In this document: positions 1 through 10,961 of the stretch, one piece after another | Numbering within the stretch: the stretch's first letter is position 1 | How the letters are laid out: each line of letters begins with the position of its first letter | Origin: Escherichia coli | GTDB taxonomy: Bacteria; Pseudomonadota; Gammaproteobacteria; Enterobacterales; Enterobacteriaceae | Reading direction: 5' to 3' (one strand) | NCBI RefSeq assembly: GCF_030013205.1 | Contig: NZ_CP122648.1 | DNA length: 64,000 nt | Notes under the pieces: model-generated | Database searches by the model: none | What the model was told of the DNA's origin: nothing | The model's input: the letters and a program-made list of their open reading frames with translations, nothing else | Program-made: the position numbers and the translations under genes

Positions 1-313
1 TCCTTAAATGATGAGCAAATAGATTTCTCTATCCACTACAACAAATTCAGCCTGCGTGATCCCATCCTGCACGGGGTAATAGATGTTATCCGTAATGCAT
101 TTTGAAAAAGTATTGTTACAGCCAGATCACAGCGAAGAACGAAAAAATGGCACAATCCAACAACAATTTTACATTTTCGCGACCGCTTTGGCTGCTTTCA
201 GGTCCGTTTCAATGATATACTGCCAGTCGTTAATTCAAAAATAGTTGATAATTACAACAATCTATTGAATTGAAACGCTTTCCTTCGTAATTCGCAACTG
301 GAACACGCACGCT

Positions 314-1279
314 ATGAGTAAACCCATTGTGATGGAACGCGGTGTTAAATACCGCGATGCCGATAAGATGGCCCTTATCCCGGTTAAAAACGTGGCAACA
401 GAGCGCGAAGCCCTGCTGCGCAAGCCGGAATGGATGAAAATCAAGCTTCCAGCGGACTCTACACGTATCCAGGGCATCAAAGCGGCAATGCGCAAAAATG
501 GCCTGCATTCTGTCTGCGAGGAAGCCTCCTGCCCTAACCTGGCGGAATGCTTCAACCACGGCACAGCAACGTTTATGATCCTCGGCGCTATTTGTACCCG
601 CCGTTGTCCGTTCTGTGACGTTGCCCACGGTCGCCCGGTAGCTCCGGATGCCAATGAACCAGTGAAACTGGCGCAGACCATTGCCGATATGGCGCTGCGT
701 TATGTGGTTATCACCTCCGTTGACCGTGATGACCTGCGCGATGGCGGTGCCCAGCACTTTGCGGATTGCATTACTGCCATTCGGGAAAAAAGCCCGCAAA
801 TCAAAATTGAAACTCTGGTGCCGGATTTCCGCGGTCGTATGGATCGTGCTCTGGATATTCTAACCGCCACACCACCAGATGTGTTCAACCATAACCTGGA
901 AAACGTACCGCGTATTTACCGTCAGGTACGGCCTGGTGCAGATTACAACTGGTCGCTGAAGCTGCTGGAACGCTTTAAAGAAGCGCATCCGGAAATCCCG
1001 ACCAAGTCTGGTCTGATGGTGGGTCTGGGTGAAACCAATGAAGAAATTATTGAGGTAATGCGCGACCTGCGCCGTCATGGTGTGACGATGTTAACGCTGG
1101 GGCAATATTTGCAGCCAAGCCGCCATCACCTGCCGGTTCAACGTTACGTTAGCCCGGATGAGTTCGACGAAATGAAAGCCGAAGCGCTGGCGATGGGCTT
1201 TACCCATGCTGCATGCGGTCCGTTTGTCCGCTCGTCTTACCACGCCGATTTGCAGGCGAAAGGGATGGAAGTTAAGTAA
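314..1279 (+). CDS. lipA: lipoyl synthase
   Basis: 321-aa ORF with ATG start; radical-SAM cysteine motifs ([16 protein letters not shown]); matches E. coli LipA from memory. Confidence 0.96.
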
Positions 1280-1309
1280 TCCTGTAATAATTACTTACAT
1301 CTGTCTGAT

Positions 1310-1341
1310 AAAAAACCCGCTTTTTGAAGCGGTTTTTTTTG
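1310..1341. terminator. bidirectional intrinsic terminator between convergent lipA and tatE
   Basis: GC stem flanked by an A-run and a T-run (aaaaaacccgctttttgaagcggtttttttt). Confidence 0.6.
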
Positions 1342-1380
1342 TATCGAACAAGATATTGAGGGAGCGTCCTGCTCGCCACG

Positions 1381-1584
1381 TCACTCTTTATGAGAGAGCT
1401 TTTCAGCCTGAAGATCAACGTCTGCGCCTTTTTTCGCCGCAGCATCGTCATCATTCATCGCCTTCTTGAACCCTTTAATGGCCGCTCCAAGGTCTCCGCC
1501 CAGCGTACGTAACTTCTTAGTCCCAAACAGCAGAACGACCAGCGCCGCAACTACCAGCAGTTTGGTAATACTAATCTCACCCAT
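1381..1584 (-). CDS. tatE: twin-arginine translocase subunit TatE
   Basis: 67-aa [24 protein letters not shown]...; matches TatE from memory. Confidence 0.95.
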   Translation of the reverse strand: MGEISITKLLVVAALVVLLFGTKKLRTLGGDLGAAIKGFKKAMNDDDAAAKKGADVDLQAEKLSHKE

Positions 1585-1712
1585 AGATACCTTCTTGACA
1601 TATAACCGGCAACAGAACGCGCCTTAAAAACCAGAGAATATTAACGGTCATTCGACGCGCGCACACAATAGCAATCTGTAACAAGGTGAATCAAGCGCCG
1701 AGTAAAAAAACA

Positions 1713-2501
1713 TCATAATAATTGCGGCGGCGCAAAGCGACGGTTGTTTAAGACGGGCAGTTGCGCGCGCACCTGACGCACACGTTCGGGCGTCACTTCC
1801 GCCATAATGAGTGCAGGCATTTCTGACGCTGCCGCAATGGTGACGCCAAAGGGATCTATAATCCGGCTTTGCCCGATATTTTTGTTCCCGCACTCCCCCG
1901 CCGCCACCATATAACAGGTGGTATCCAGCGCACGAGCGGCAAGCAACGTTGACCAGTGATGCTCTTTGAGCGGCCCACGAACCCAGGCGGCAGGAAGTAC
2001 CAGGATTTCAGCTCCCTGTAATGCCTGTGCCAGCGCCAGCTCTGGAAAGCGTAAGTCATAACAGGTCATCAGACCGACCTTCATCCCTTCCACCTCCAGT
2101 AACGGAGCTATTTCATTACCAGCATCAACATGGCGTGATTCCTGAATGGCAAATGCATCATAGAGATGCAGTTTGGCATAACGGGCGACGATGTTTCCTG
2201 CCTGTAGCGCCACCAGCATATTCCATGCGCGCCCCGGCGTTGAAGGAACATGAATCGTCAGAATTGTCGTCATCATGTTACGTTTACTTTCTCGCCGTAA
2301 ACGTCCGAGGAATTCGCCTTCCAGCAGCTGTGCTGATTTAACCGATAGATCTGCATCATGATCATCACGCGCCAACAATGCTTCCGGCAGGACAAACAGC
2401 GAAACGTCGTTTTCCGCCGCCTGCGCCATCAACGAGGCACAAATCTCAGCGTTCTTTTCCCACACAGATGTAACAGCAAACTGTCCTGCAGCAACCAGCA
2501 T
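1713..2501 (-). CDS. ybeM: C-N hydrolase (nitrilase-superfamily) amidase, intact
   Basis: 262 aa from the internal ATG, which has a GGAGG Shine-Dalgarno 5 nt upstream; the track ORF begins 2 codons earlier at GTG; uninterrupted frame. Confidence 0.85.
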   Translation of the reverse strand: MLVAAGQFAVTSVWEKNAEICASLMAQAAENDVSLFVLPEALLARDDHDADLSVKSAQLLEGEFLGRLRRESKRNMMTTILTIHVPSTPGRAWNMLVALQAGNIVARYAKLHLYDAFAIQESRHVDAGNEIAPLLEVEGMKVGLMTCYDLRFPELALAQALQGAEILVLPAAWVRGPLKEHHWSTLLAARALDTTCYMVAAGECGNKNIGQSRIIDPFGVTIAAASEMPALIMAEVTPERVRQVRAQLPVLNNRRFAPPQLL

Positions 2502-2593
2502 TGCCACCTCCTGTCAGAGTCGTAAAATTCGCCAACGACGATTATTCGGCGTTACACTTATCACTCATACAAATCAAATAGCAGGATTTTGCA

Positions 2594-2977
2594 GTGTTAC
2601 AACTTCTTTTAGCAGTTTTTATTGGCGGTGGTACGGGAAGCGTGGCGAGATGGCTGTTAAGTATGCGATTTAACCCGCTGCATCAGGCGATTCCGTTGGG
2701 GACGCTGGCTGCAAACCTGATTGGGGCATTCATCATAGGAATGGGATTCGCCTGGTTTAGCAGGATGACGAACATTGATCCAGTGTGGAAAGTATTAATC
2801 ACCACCGGATTTTGTGGCGGTCTAACAACCTTCTCAACATTTTCGGCAGAAGTGGTGTTTTTGTTACAAGAGGGCCGCTTAGGCTGGGCGTTACTGAACG
2901 TTTTCGTCAACCTTTTGGGGTCTTTTGCCATGACCGCACTGGCTTTCTGGCTGTTTTCCGCCTCAACCGCACACTAA
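2594..2977 (+). CDS. crcB: fluoride export channel CrcB (Fluc)
   Basis: 127-aa hydrophobic [19 protein letters not shown]..., GTG start; matches CrcB from memory. Confidence 0.93.
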   Translation: MLQLLLAVFIGGGTGSVARWLLSMRFNPLHQAIPLGTLAANLIGAFIIGMGFAWFSRMTNIDPVWKVLITTGFCGGLTTFSTFSAEVVFLLQEGRLGWALLNVFVNLLGSFAMTALAFWLFSASTAH

Positions 2978-2982
2978 AGACC

Positions 2983-3014
2983 AAAAAAAACCCGCTGATT
3001 AAGCGGGTTTTGAA
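2983..3014. terminator. bidirectional intrinsic terminator between convergent crcB and cspE
   Basis: aaaaaaaacccgctgattaagcgggttttg hairpin with A-run and T-run flanks. Confidence 0.6.
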
Positions 3015-3030
3015 TTCTTGCTGACGTATC

Positions 3031-3240
3031 TTACAGAGCGATTACGTTTGCAGCAGAAGGGCCTTTGGCACCGTTAGTGATTTCGAACTCTACGCGCTGA
3101 CCTTCAGCAAGAGTTTTAAAACCATTAGTCTGGATTGCAGAGAAGTGTACAAACACGTCTTTGCTGCCGTCTTCCGGAGTAATGAAACCGAATCCTTTGG
3201 ACTCATTAAACCACTTAACGTTACCTTTAATCTTAGACAT
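3031..3240 (-). CDS. cspE: cold-shock-domain protein CspE
   Basis: 69 aa from internal ATG ([20 protein letters not shown]...); the track ORF is N-terminally extended. Confidence 0.95.
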
Positions 3241-3414
3241 CAAAATTACCTTTACATGAAAAATAGACACAAATGCTGTGTCGGTTACCAGTACACCAAT
3301 TGTGGTACGCTTTGTCCAGTGCAACTTTACTAAAAAGTGATAAAAGTCGCGTTATTTTTGATGTTAATTATTTTACCCATTGATTTTAAAGAGTTTACTA
3401 AAATTTCATTTGTC

Positions 3415-3975
3415 TCAAAACTGAAAGCGCATCCAGGCAAAGTACACATTGCCATTGTTATAGGTACCCGGAATGTAGGTCATCTGAAAAGTCACTGGAC
3501 CATAACCCACAGAGGCCAATGGCAGTAGAACCGGGAGAGGGATGTAATTCCAGTTATCGCGTGCCGTTACGCCAGCGGTGAATCCCAGTCCTAAATGAAA
3601 ATTTTCATCCGCCAGCGGTCGCCAGGTACTTTCCCATCCGTATCCGGCAATCGGTTCCCATTTGTTCCACGAGTCCTTAAATGCCATGGCATACAGGCCA
3701 TGCCAGTTTCCTTTTTCATCCCAACGCGACTGACCAAAACCGCCACCCCACGGTCGCTCGTTATAGCGATCGGTTTTTTCTTTGTCGTAAGCGAAACGAG
3801 CATGCCAGGTGATGGCAGGAATATATAAATCATAATGTTCAGGCTGTTGCCAGGTTTGTGTAATATTTTCTCCAAACGTTGTCATCCACTCATCTGCGTT
3901 AGCAAAAACTTTACCAACGCTGATTAACTGAATAAAAACAAAGGAAAAGATAGCGACATATTTACTCACGTTCAT
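3415..3975 (-). CDS. pagP: lipid A palmitoyltransferase PagP
   Basis: 186 aa from internal ATG ([14 protein letters not shown]...); matches PagP from memory. Confidence 0.94.
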   Translation of the reverse strand: MNVSKYVAIFSFVFIQLISVGKVFANADEWMTTFGENITQTWQQPEHYDLYIPAITWHARFAYDKEKTDRYNERPWGGGFGQSRWDEKGNWHGLYAMAFKDSWNKWEPIAGYGWESTWRPLADENFHLGLGFTAGVTARDNWNYIPLPVLLPLASVGYGPVTFQMTYIPGTYNNGNVYFAWMRFQF

Positions 3976-4563
3976 TTGTGACCATAAAACATTTATCAAA
4001 AATCTACTACTAGCATAGCAAAGCTACAATTAACATAACCTTAATAGCCCCAACATAAAGAACAATCTGAATAGCTGCTCTATTTATTTCCGCTTGTTTA
4101 AGTTAAATATTTCCGCGCATCGATTAAAGATGATGTATCGTTTTCTGCGATGGGAATAGTCAAAAAAGAAAAACCAAGTATTTTTTGATGACAAAATGCA
4201 ACCAAGGAAAAATTTCTTTATTTTTTAATTGGATACAAAAATCACCTTAACGAAGAATATAATATATATCGTCAACCCATGCTCATGGCAGATTATTTTC
4301 TGAGCACGCAACCGCAGCTAACACCATTGCTATTAACAAATTTGCATCAATCCGCCATCAATTTACACACATTATTATGTGGTAATTGCCAAACGCTAAA
4401 TATGCGTTTTGTTATCTATGTATAAAAACAGCAACTTCAATGTCTTAATGGCAGTTTTTCTTGATTTTAATCAGCATTCATCGCCAATTTATTGGGCATA
4501 TTTTTTCCTTAAGTTTTAGGAATTTTTTATTATTTACTTTGGGGCCTGGAGACAGGAAAAATT

Positions 4564-5949
4564 ATGCTGACATTCATTGAACTCCTTATTGGGGTTGTGG
4601 TTATTGTGGGTGTAGCTCGCTACATCATTAAAGGGTATTCCGCCACTGGCGTGTTATTTGTCGGTGGCCTGTTATTGCTGATTATCAGTGCCATTATGGG
4701 GCACAAAGTGTTACCGTCCAGCCAGGCTTCAACAGGCTACAGCGCCACGGATATCGTTGAATACGTTAAAATATTGCTAATGAGCCGCGGCGGCGACCTC
4801 GGCATGATGATTATGATGCTGTGTGGCTTTGCCGCTTACATGACCCATATCGGCGCGAATGATATGGTGGTCAAGCTGGCGTCAAAACCATTGCAGTATA
4901 TTAACTCCCCTTACCTGCTGATGATTGCCGCCTATTTTGTCGCCTGTCTGATGTCTCTGGCCGTCTCTTCCGCGACCGGTCTGGGTGTTTTGCTGATGGC
5001 AACCCTGTTTCCGGTGATGGTAAACGTTGGTATCAGCCGTGGTGCAGCTGCTGCTATTTGTGCCTCCCCGGCGGCGATTATTCTCGCACCGACTTCAGGG
5101 GATGTGGTGCTGGCGGCGCAGGCTTCCGAAATGTCGCTGATTGACTTCGCCTTCAAAACGACGCTGCCTATCTCAATTGCTGCAATTATCGGCATGGCGA
5201 TCGCCCACTTCTTCTGGCAACGTTATCTGGATAAAAAAGAGCACATCTCTCATGAAATGTTAGATGTCAGTGAAATCACCACCACTGCTCCTGCGTTTTA
5301 TGCCATTTTGCCGTTCACGCCGATCATCGGAGTGCTGATTTTTGACGGCAAATGGGGTCCGCAATTACACATCATCACTATTCTGGTGATTTGTATGCTG
5401 ATTGCCTCCATTCTGGAGTTCATCCGCAGCTTTAATACCCAGAAAGTTTTCTCTGGTCTGGAAGTGGCTTATCGCGGGATGGCAGATGCGTTTGCTAACG
5501 TGGTGATGCTGCTGGTTGCCGCTGGGGTATTCGCTCAGGGGCTTAGCACCATCGGCTTTATTCAAAGTCTGATTTCTATCGCCACCTCGTTTGGTTCGGC
5601 GAGTATCATCCTGATGCTGGTATTAGTGATCCTGACAATGCTGGCGGCAGTCACGACCGGTTCAGGCAATGCGCCGTTTTATGCGTTTGTTGAGATGATC
5701 CCGAAACTGGCGCACTCTTCCGGCATTAACCCGGCGTATTTGACTATCCCAATGCTGCAGGCGTCAAACCTCGGTCGTACCCTGTCACCCGTTTCTGGCG
5801 TAGTCGTTGCGGTTGCCGGGATGGCGAAAATCTCACCATTTGAAGTCGTAAAACGCACCTCGGTGCCGGTGCTTGTTGGTTTGGTGATTGTTATCGTTGC
5901 TACAGAGCTGATGGTGCCAGGAACGGCAGCCGCGGTCACAGGCAAGTAA
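4564..5949 (+). CDS. dcuC: anaerobic C4-dicarboxylate transporter DcuC
   Basis: 461-aa polytopic membrane ORF, ATG start with GGAGACAGG Shine-Dalgarno; matches DcuC. Confidence 0.95.
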   Translation: MLTFIELLIGVVVIVGVARYIIKGYSATGVLFVGGLLLLIISAIMGHKVLPSSQASTGYSATDIVEYVKILLMSRGGDLGMMIMMLCGFAAYMTHIGANDMVVKLASKPLQYINSPYLLMIAAYFVACLMSLAVSSATGLGVLLMATLFPVMVNVGISRGAAAAICASPAAIILAPTSGDVVLAAQASEMSLIDFAFKTTLPISIAAIIGMAIAHFFWQRYLDKKEHISHEMLDVSEITTTAPAFYAILPFTPIIGVLIFDGKWGPQLHIITILVICMLIASILEFIRSFNTQKVFSGLEVAYRGMADAFANVVMLLVAAGVFAQGLSTIGFIQSLISIATSFGSASIILMLVLVILTMLAAVTTGSGNAPFYAFVEMIPKLAHSSGINPAYLTIPMLQASNLGRTLSPVSGVVVAVAGMAKISPFEVVKRTSVPVLVGLVIVIVATELMVPGTAAAVTGK

Positions 5950-5957
5950 ATAGTCAT

Positions 5958-5985
5958 GCCGGAGGCAAGTTTCCTCCGGCTTTAT
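5958..5985. terminator. hairpin terminator between convergent dcuC and dpiA
   Basis: gccggaggcaagtttcctccggc stem-loop followed by a T-rich run. Confidence 0.5.
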
Positions 5986-5989
5986 CATG

Positions 5990-6670
5990 TCACCCACTGT
6001 GGTATATGCGTTGCGGTCTGCCAACTTTGCCGTGAACAATTTCAGCAATAATCAGATGGCGGCTGGCGCAATATTCAAGATAACGTCTGGCAGTGGTGCG
6101 GCTGATAGTCAGTGCCTGCGCCACCGTTTCTGCCGTATGTTGCACACCAGGCTCTTTAAACAGTTTTCGCACTGCGTTTAGCGTCAAGGGGTCAATGCCG
6201 GTCGGCAGTTCGTCTTTGGGTTCACCGCGAGCATAGGCATTAAACATCTCATCAATTTGCTTCTGGCTGGCGCTATCAATACTTTCCAGCATATGTTTAC
6301 GCTGGCGGAAACGGGTTAGCGTTTGCCCCAGACGTTCATAGGCAATTGGCTTAATGAGATAATCAAATACACCACAACGTACGGCTTCAGACACCGTTTC
6401 CATATCACTGGCTGCAGTGGTAAACACCACGTCGCCGGGATAATGCGCCTGCACCAGTTCATGCAGTAAATTAATCCCTCTACCGTCAGGAAGATAGTTA
6501 TCGAGCAAGATTAGCCCCGGCTTAAAACGCTCGATCATCATTCGGGCCTGCGCCAGGTTTCCCGCCAGTAATATCTGACTGAATCCGGGAATGTGACGAA
6601 TATATTCCGCATGCATCTCTGCCAGCGGCGTTTCGTCCTCAACGATCAATAGGGTTAATGGAGCTGTCAT
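5990..6670 (-). CDS. dpiA: response regulator DpiA (CitB)
   Basis: 226-aa ORF with receiver domain (LLIVEDE...) and C-terminal HTH; matches DpiA. Confidence 0.94.
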   Translation of the reverse strand: MTAPLTLLIVEDETPLAEMHAEYIRHIPGFSQILLAGNLAQARMMIERFKPGLILLDNYLPDGRGINLLHELVQAHYPGDVVFTTAASDMETVSEAVRCGVFDYLIKPIAYERLGQTLTRFRQRKHMLESIDSASQKQIDEMFNAYARGEPKDELPTGIDPLTLNAVRKLFKEPGVQHTAETVAQALTISRTTARRYLEYCASRHLIIAEIVHGKVGRPQRIYHSG

Positions 6671-8297
6671 TAGGTTTCACTTTCGGAATATAGATTGAAA
6701 ATAAGGTACCGCAGGGATCATTATCTTCGAGAGTGATAACACCACCGCAGCGCGTTACGTAGCTGGCAATCAAGTACAACCCAATGCCATGTTCACCGGG
6801 CTCGTCAGCACGCGTACTGACACCCTGCTCAAATATTTTGTCTCGTAGAGACTCTGGAACGCCGCAGCCCTGATCGGCGACTTCAATCACCACATCATCG
6901 CCTTCATCGCTGAGGAATAATTCAACGATCTTGTTTCCTTCATCGCTACGTAGGCTGGCTTCGAAGGCGTTATCAAGTAAATTGCCAACAATGGCTGCAA
7001 ACTCGGTGCTGTCCAGTCCTGGCGGCAGTTGCGAAAGCTGACTTCCGGGGACGATGACCATTTTTAGCCCCAGTTCGCGGGCGCGCTGCACTTTACCAAA
7101 AAGCAGCCCCGCCACCTGGCGATCGGCAAACGCCTCGCGCAGGCTATCAATAAGCTGTTGCTGGGCCTGAGACTCCCCCTGCACCATCGCCAACACGCGA
7201 TCATACTCTTTCATCTGCAACAGACCATTGAGCGTCGACATCCAATTGAGATGCTCGTGTCGCAATGTGCGCAGGCTCTCGACGTATTGTTTAATTTGCG
7301 TCAGTTGCGCATTGAGGGTGGATATTTCGTCTTTACTACGAAAGCTGATAATGGCCCCCAGCAAATCATCACCAGAACGAATAGCTTCCCGGTTGGCAAT
7401 AACGCTCAGACCGTTAAAGTTCGCCACCACATCCTGTCGTTTTTCATCAATCTGTTCGGTAAAGAAATCGGCGGGCCTGACCACTTCAGCAATGGGTTTA
7501 CCCAACCATTGCCGTCCGGGGGAGCTCAGCCCCAGCATCTTTCTTGCGTTACGATTGATGGCGGTAATGTAACCGTGCGGATCCACCGCAATGAGCCCTT
7601 CATAAACCGAACTAAACAGCGCCTCTTGCTGACGGACCACGCGTGCGATTTGCTTTGGCTCCATGCCCATCATCTGCCGACGGATATGCGCGGCCAGGAA
7701 CCACGACAGCAACATCAGAATCCCTAACAGCACGACAAACACGCCAGCCATCGGTAATAAAAACTCAGCCCGCCAGCTATCGATTTTACTCACCAGGTAG
7801 CCAATCGACACCACGCCGATGACTTTTCCATCGTCATCAAAGATTGGCGTTTTGGCACGCATCGCCATGCCAATTGACCCTTTCCCGGTGATGAAGTAGC
7901 TCTCCCCTTTCTCCAGCGCGCCCGGTTTGGTGAACTGCATAGGATAACCAATTTTCTCCGGATTAGGATGGTAAAGACGAATCGAGTGCCGATCGCCAAT
8001 CACCACATAATCGAAATCAGTATCTCTTTGTAATTTATCAGCGATGGTCGCCAGCCTCTTGTAGTCACGCGTTTTCACTGCGCTGATGATACTGTCATTA
8101 GAAGCAATAATTTTTGCCTGATTCATTGCCATATCGCGCACATGAAGCGTTAAATAGTCCTCAAAACTGGCCGTAAAATATTGCGCCAGGGCTGCAATGA
8201 CAAATATTGAGAACACCAGAATCAGCAAAAAGATACGCAGCGGAAATGCCAGTCTTTGGAAAAATGCAAACTGTTTATTCTCGTTAAGCTGCAACAT
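6639..8297 (-). CDS. dpiB: sensor histidine kinase DpiB (CitA)
   Basis: 552 aa from internal ATG (MLQLNENKQFAFFQ...); overlaps the dpiA start by 32 nt. Confidence 0.93.
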   Translation of the reverse strand: MLQLNENKQFAFFQRLAFPLRIFLLILVFSIFVIAALAQYFTASFEDYLTLHVRDMAMNQAKIIASNDSIISAVKTRDYKRLATIADKLQRDTDFDYVVIGDRHSIRLYHPNPEKIGYPMQFTKPGALEKGESYFITGKGSIGMAMRAKTPIFDDDGKVIGVVSIGYLVSKIDSWRAEFLLPMAGVFVVLLGILMLLSWFLAAHIRRQMMGMEPKQIARVVRQQEALFSSVYEGLIAVDPHGYITAINRNARKMLGLSSPGRQWLGKPIAEVVRPADFFTEQIDEKRQDVVANFNGLSVIANREAIRSGDDLLGAIISFRSKDEISTLNAQLTQIKQYVESLRTLRHEHLNWMSTLNGLLQMKEYDRVLAMVQGESQAQQQLIDSLREAFADRQVAGLLFGKVQRARELGLKMVIVPGSQLSQLPPGLDSTEFAAIVGNLLDNAFEASLRSDEGNKIVELFLSDEGDDVVIEVADQGCGVPESLRDKIFEQGVSTRADEPGEHGIGLYLIASYVTRCGGVITLEDNDPCGTLFSIYIPKVKPNDSSINPIDR

Positions 8298-8676
8298 TGT
8301 TTTCCTTGCGGGTTGTCCCGAGCCTCTTTGACGAATGTAATTAAAATGTTGAATCAAAATACATAGATATTAAATATAATCGTGGCAAATTTTATTCATT
8401 AAATCAATTAAATCACTTAAACCTGCGGGTCATTTCGTAATTACATTAATTAAAAAACTTAAAACCATTAAATAAATAAAAAACCACTAACTCTATGTGA
8501 AATAAATCAAAATTTCACGCTGCAATACTCCTTAGGATGTATAGCGAAAGGAGAAAAAGATATACCTCGATCGCCCCCCTTTCTCCCAAGTGAAAATAAA
8601 AGGTTATCAGTTTGCAACATCGAACAACATTTGTTGCAAATCGATAACAACATGCACCTTCAGGATACTATTTATT

Positions 8677-9735
8677 ATGTTCGGCAATGATATTTTCACC
8701 CGTGTAAAACGTTCAGAAAATAAAAAAATGGCGGAAATCGCCCAATTCCTGCATGAAAATGATTTGAGCGTTGACACCACAGTCGAAGTATTTATTACCG
8801 TAACCCGCGATGAAAAGCTTATCGCGTGCGGTGGAATTGCCGGAAATATTATTAAATGCGTTGCTATCAGTGAATCCGTTCGCGGTGAAGGACTGGCGCT
8901 GACATTAGCCACCGAGCTAATTAACCTCGCCTATGAGCGGCACAGCACGCATCTGTTTATTTATACCAAAACCGAATACGAGGCGCTGTTCCGCCAGTGC
9001 GGTTTTTCCACGCTGACCAGTGTACCCGGCGTGATGGTGCTGATGGAAAACAGCGCCACGCGACTGAAACGCTATGCCGAATCGCTGAAAAAATTTCGTC
9101 ATCCAGGGAACAAGATTGGCTGCATTGTGATGAACGCCAATCCCTTTACGAATGGTCACCGTTATCTGATTCAACAGGCTGCAGCACAGTGCGACTGGTT
9201 GCATCTGTTTTTAGTTAAAGAAGATTCTTCACGCTTTCCCTATGAAGACCGGCTGGATCTGGTGTTAAAAGGCACCGCCGATATTCCACGCCTGACTGTG
9301 CATCGCGGCTCCGAATACATCATCTCCCGCGCTACGTTCCCTTGCTACTTCATTAAAGAACAGAGCGTCATTAACCATTGTTACACCGAAATTGATCTGA
9401 AGATTTTCCGTCAGTACCTCGCTCCCGCGCTGGGTGTAACTCACCGCTTTGTCGGTACTGAACCCTTTTGTCGCGTTACCGCCCAGTACAACCAGGATAT
9501 GCGCTACTGGCTGGAAACGCCGACTATCTCCGCACCGCCCATCGAACTGGTTGAAATTGAGCGGCTGCGTTACCAGGAGATGCCGATATCCGCTTCCCGG
9601 GTACGTCAACTGCTGGCGAAAAACGATCTCACGGCTATCGCGCCGCTGGTCCCTGCAGTCACGCTGCATTATTTGCAGAACCTGCTTGAGCACTCCCGCC
9701 AGGACGCGGCAGCTCGTCAAAAGACCCCCGCATGA
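8677..9735 (+). CDS. citC: [citrate (pro-3S)-lyase] ligase CitC
   Basis: 352 aa from internal ATG (MFGNDIFTRV...); matches CitC. Confidence 0.93.
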   Translation: MFGNDIFTRVKRSENKKMAEIAQFLHENDLSVDTTVEVFITVTRDEKLIACGGIAGNIIKCVAISESVRGEGLALTLATELINLAYERHSTHLFIYTKTEYEALFRQCGFSTLTSVPGVMVLMENSATRLKRYAESLKKFRHPGNKIGCIVMNANPFTNGHRYLIQQAAAQCDWLHLFLVKEDSSRFPYEDRLDLVLKGTADIPRLTVHRGSEYIISRATFPCYFIKEQSVINHCYTEIDLKIFRQYLAPALGVTHRFVGTEPFCRVTAQYNQDMRYWLETPTISAPPIELVEIERLRYQEMPISASRVRQLLAKNDLTAIAPLVPAVTLHYLQNLLEHSRQDAAARQKTPA

Positions 9736-9749
9736 GAAACAGGTGAAAA

Positions 9750-10046
9750 ATGAAAATAAACCAGCCCGCCGTTGCAGGCACCCTTGAGTCTGGGGATGTG
9801 ATGATACGCATCGCCCCACTCGATACGCAGGATATCGACCTGCAAATCAACAGCAGCGTTGAGAAACAGTTTGGCGATGCAATTCGCACCACCATTCTGG
9901 ACGTTCTCGCCCGCTACAACGTGCGCGGCGTACAGCTGAATGTCGATGATAAAGGCGCACTGGACTGCATTTTACGTGCACGACTGGAAGCCCTGCTGGC
10001 ACGCGCCAGCGGTATCCCGGCTCTGCCATGGGAGGATTGCCAATGA
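9750..10046 (+). CDS. citD: citrate lyase acyl carrier protein (gamma subunit)
   Basis: 98-aa ORF with AGGTGA Shine-Dalgarno upstream; matches CitD. Confidence 0.94.
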
Positions 10047-10951
10047 TTTCCGCTTCGCTGCAACAACGTAAAACTCGCACCCGCCGCAGCATGTTGTTTG
10101 TGCCTGGTGCCAATGCCGCGATGGTCAGCAACTCCTTCATCTACCCGGCTGATGCCCTGATGTTTGACCTCGAAGACTCCGTGGCATTGCGTGAAAAAGA
10201 TACCGCCCGCCGCATGGTTTACCACGCGCTGCAACATCCGCTGTATCGCGATATTGAAACCATTGTGCGTGTAAACGCGCTGGATTCCGAATGGGGTGTT
10301 AACGACCTGGAAGCCGTCGTTCGCGGTGGTGCGGACGTTGTGCGTCTGCCGAAAACCGATACCGCTCAGGATGTTCTGGATATCGAAAAAGAGATCCTGC
10401 GTATCGAAAAAGCCTGTGGTCGTGAACCCGGCAGTACCGGCTTGCTGGCGGCGATTGAATCTCCGCTGGGCATTACCCGCGCAGTGGAAATCGCTCACGC
10501 TTCCGAGCGTTTGATCGGTATCGCCCTCGGTGCAGAAGACTATGTGCGCAACCTGCGTACAGAACGCTCCCCGGAAGGAACTGAACTGCTGTTCGCTCGC
10601 TGCTCCATTTTGCAGGCCGCGCGCTCTGCGGGTATTCAGGCGTTCGATACCGTCTATTCCGACGCTAACAACGAAGCCGGATTCCTGCAAGAAGCCGCCC
10701 ACATCAAACAGCTGGGCTTTGACGGCAAATCGCTGATCAACCCGCGTCAGATTGATCTGCTGCACAACCTCTACGCACCGACCCAGAAAGAAGTGGATCA
10801 CGCCCGCCGCGTCGTAGAAGCCGCTGAAGCCGCCGCTCGCGAAGGCCTCGGCGTAGTTTCCCTGAACGGCAAGATGGTGGACGGTCCGGTTATCGATCGC
10901 GCCCGTCTGGTGCTCTCCCGCGCAGAACTTTCCGGCATCGGCGAAGAATAA
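10043..10951 (+). CDS. citE: citrate lyase beta subunit (citryl-CoA lyase)
   Basis: 302 aa from internal ATG ([10 protein letters not shown]...); 4-nt overlap with the citD stop. Confidence 0.94.
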
Positions 10952-10961
10952 GGCAATCAAA

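Noticed and set aside
2508-2593. Possible fluoride riboswitch in the crcB leader
   Set aside because: The 86-nt leader shows no recognisable fluoride-riboswitch motif and I could not find a convincing pseudoknot-forming core by eye, so it is not reported as a feature.
9914-10960. 348-aa minus-strand ORF (and similar long antisense ORFs at 230..799, 9265..9819, 18843..19511, 20408..20923, 30547..31044, 47202..47804, 53420..53953, 58420..59280, 59845..60543)
   Set aside because: Each lies entirely inside a well-supported known gene on the opposite strand (citE, lipA, citC, ahpF, ahpC, entA, fepA, nfsB, cusA/cusB); these are shadow ORFs with no independent support.
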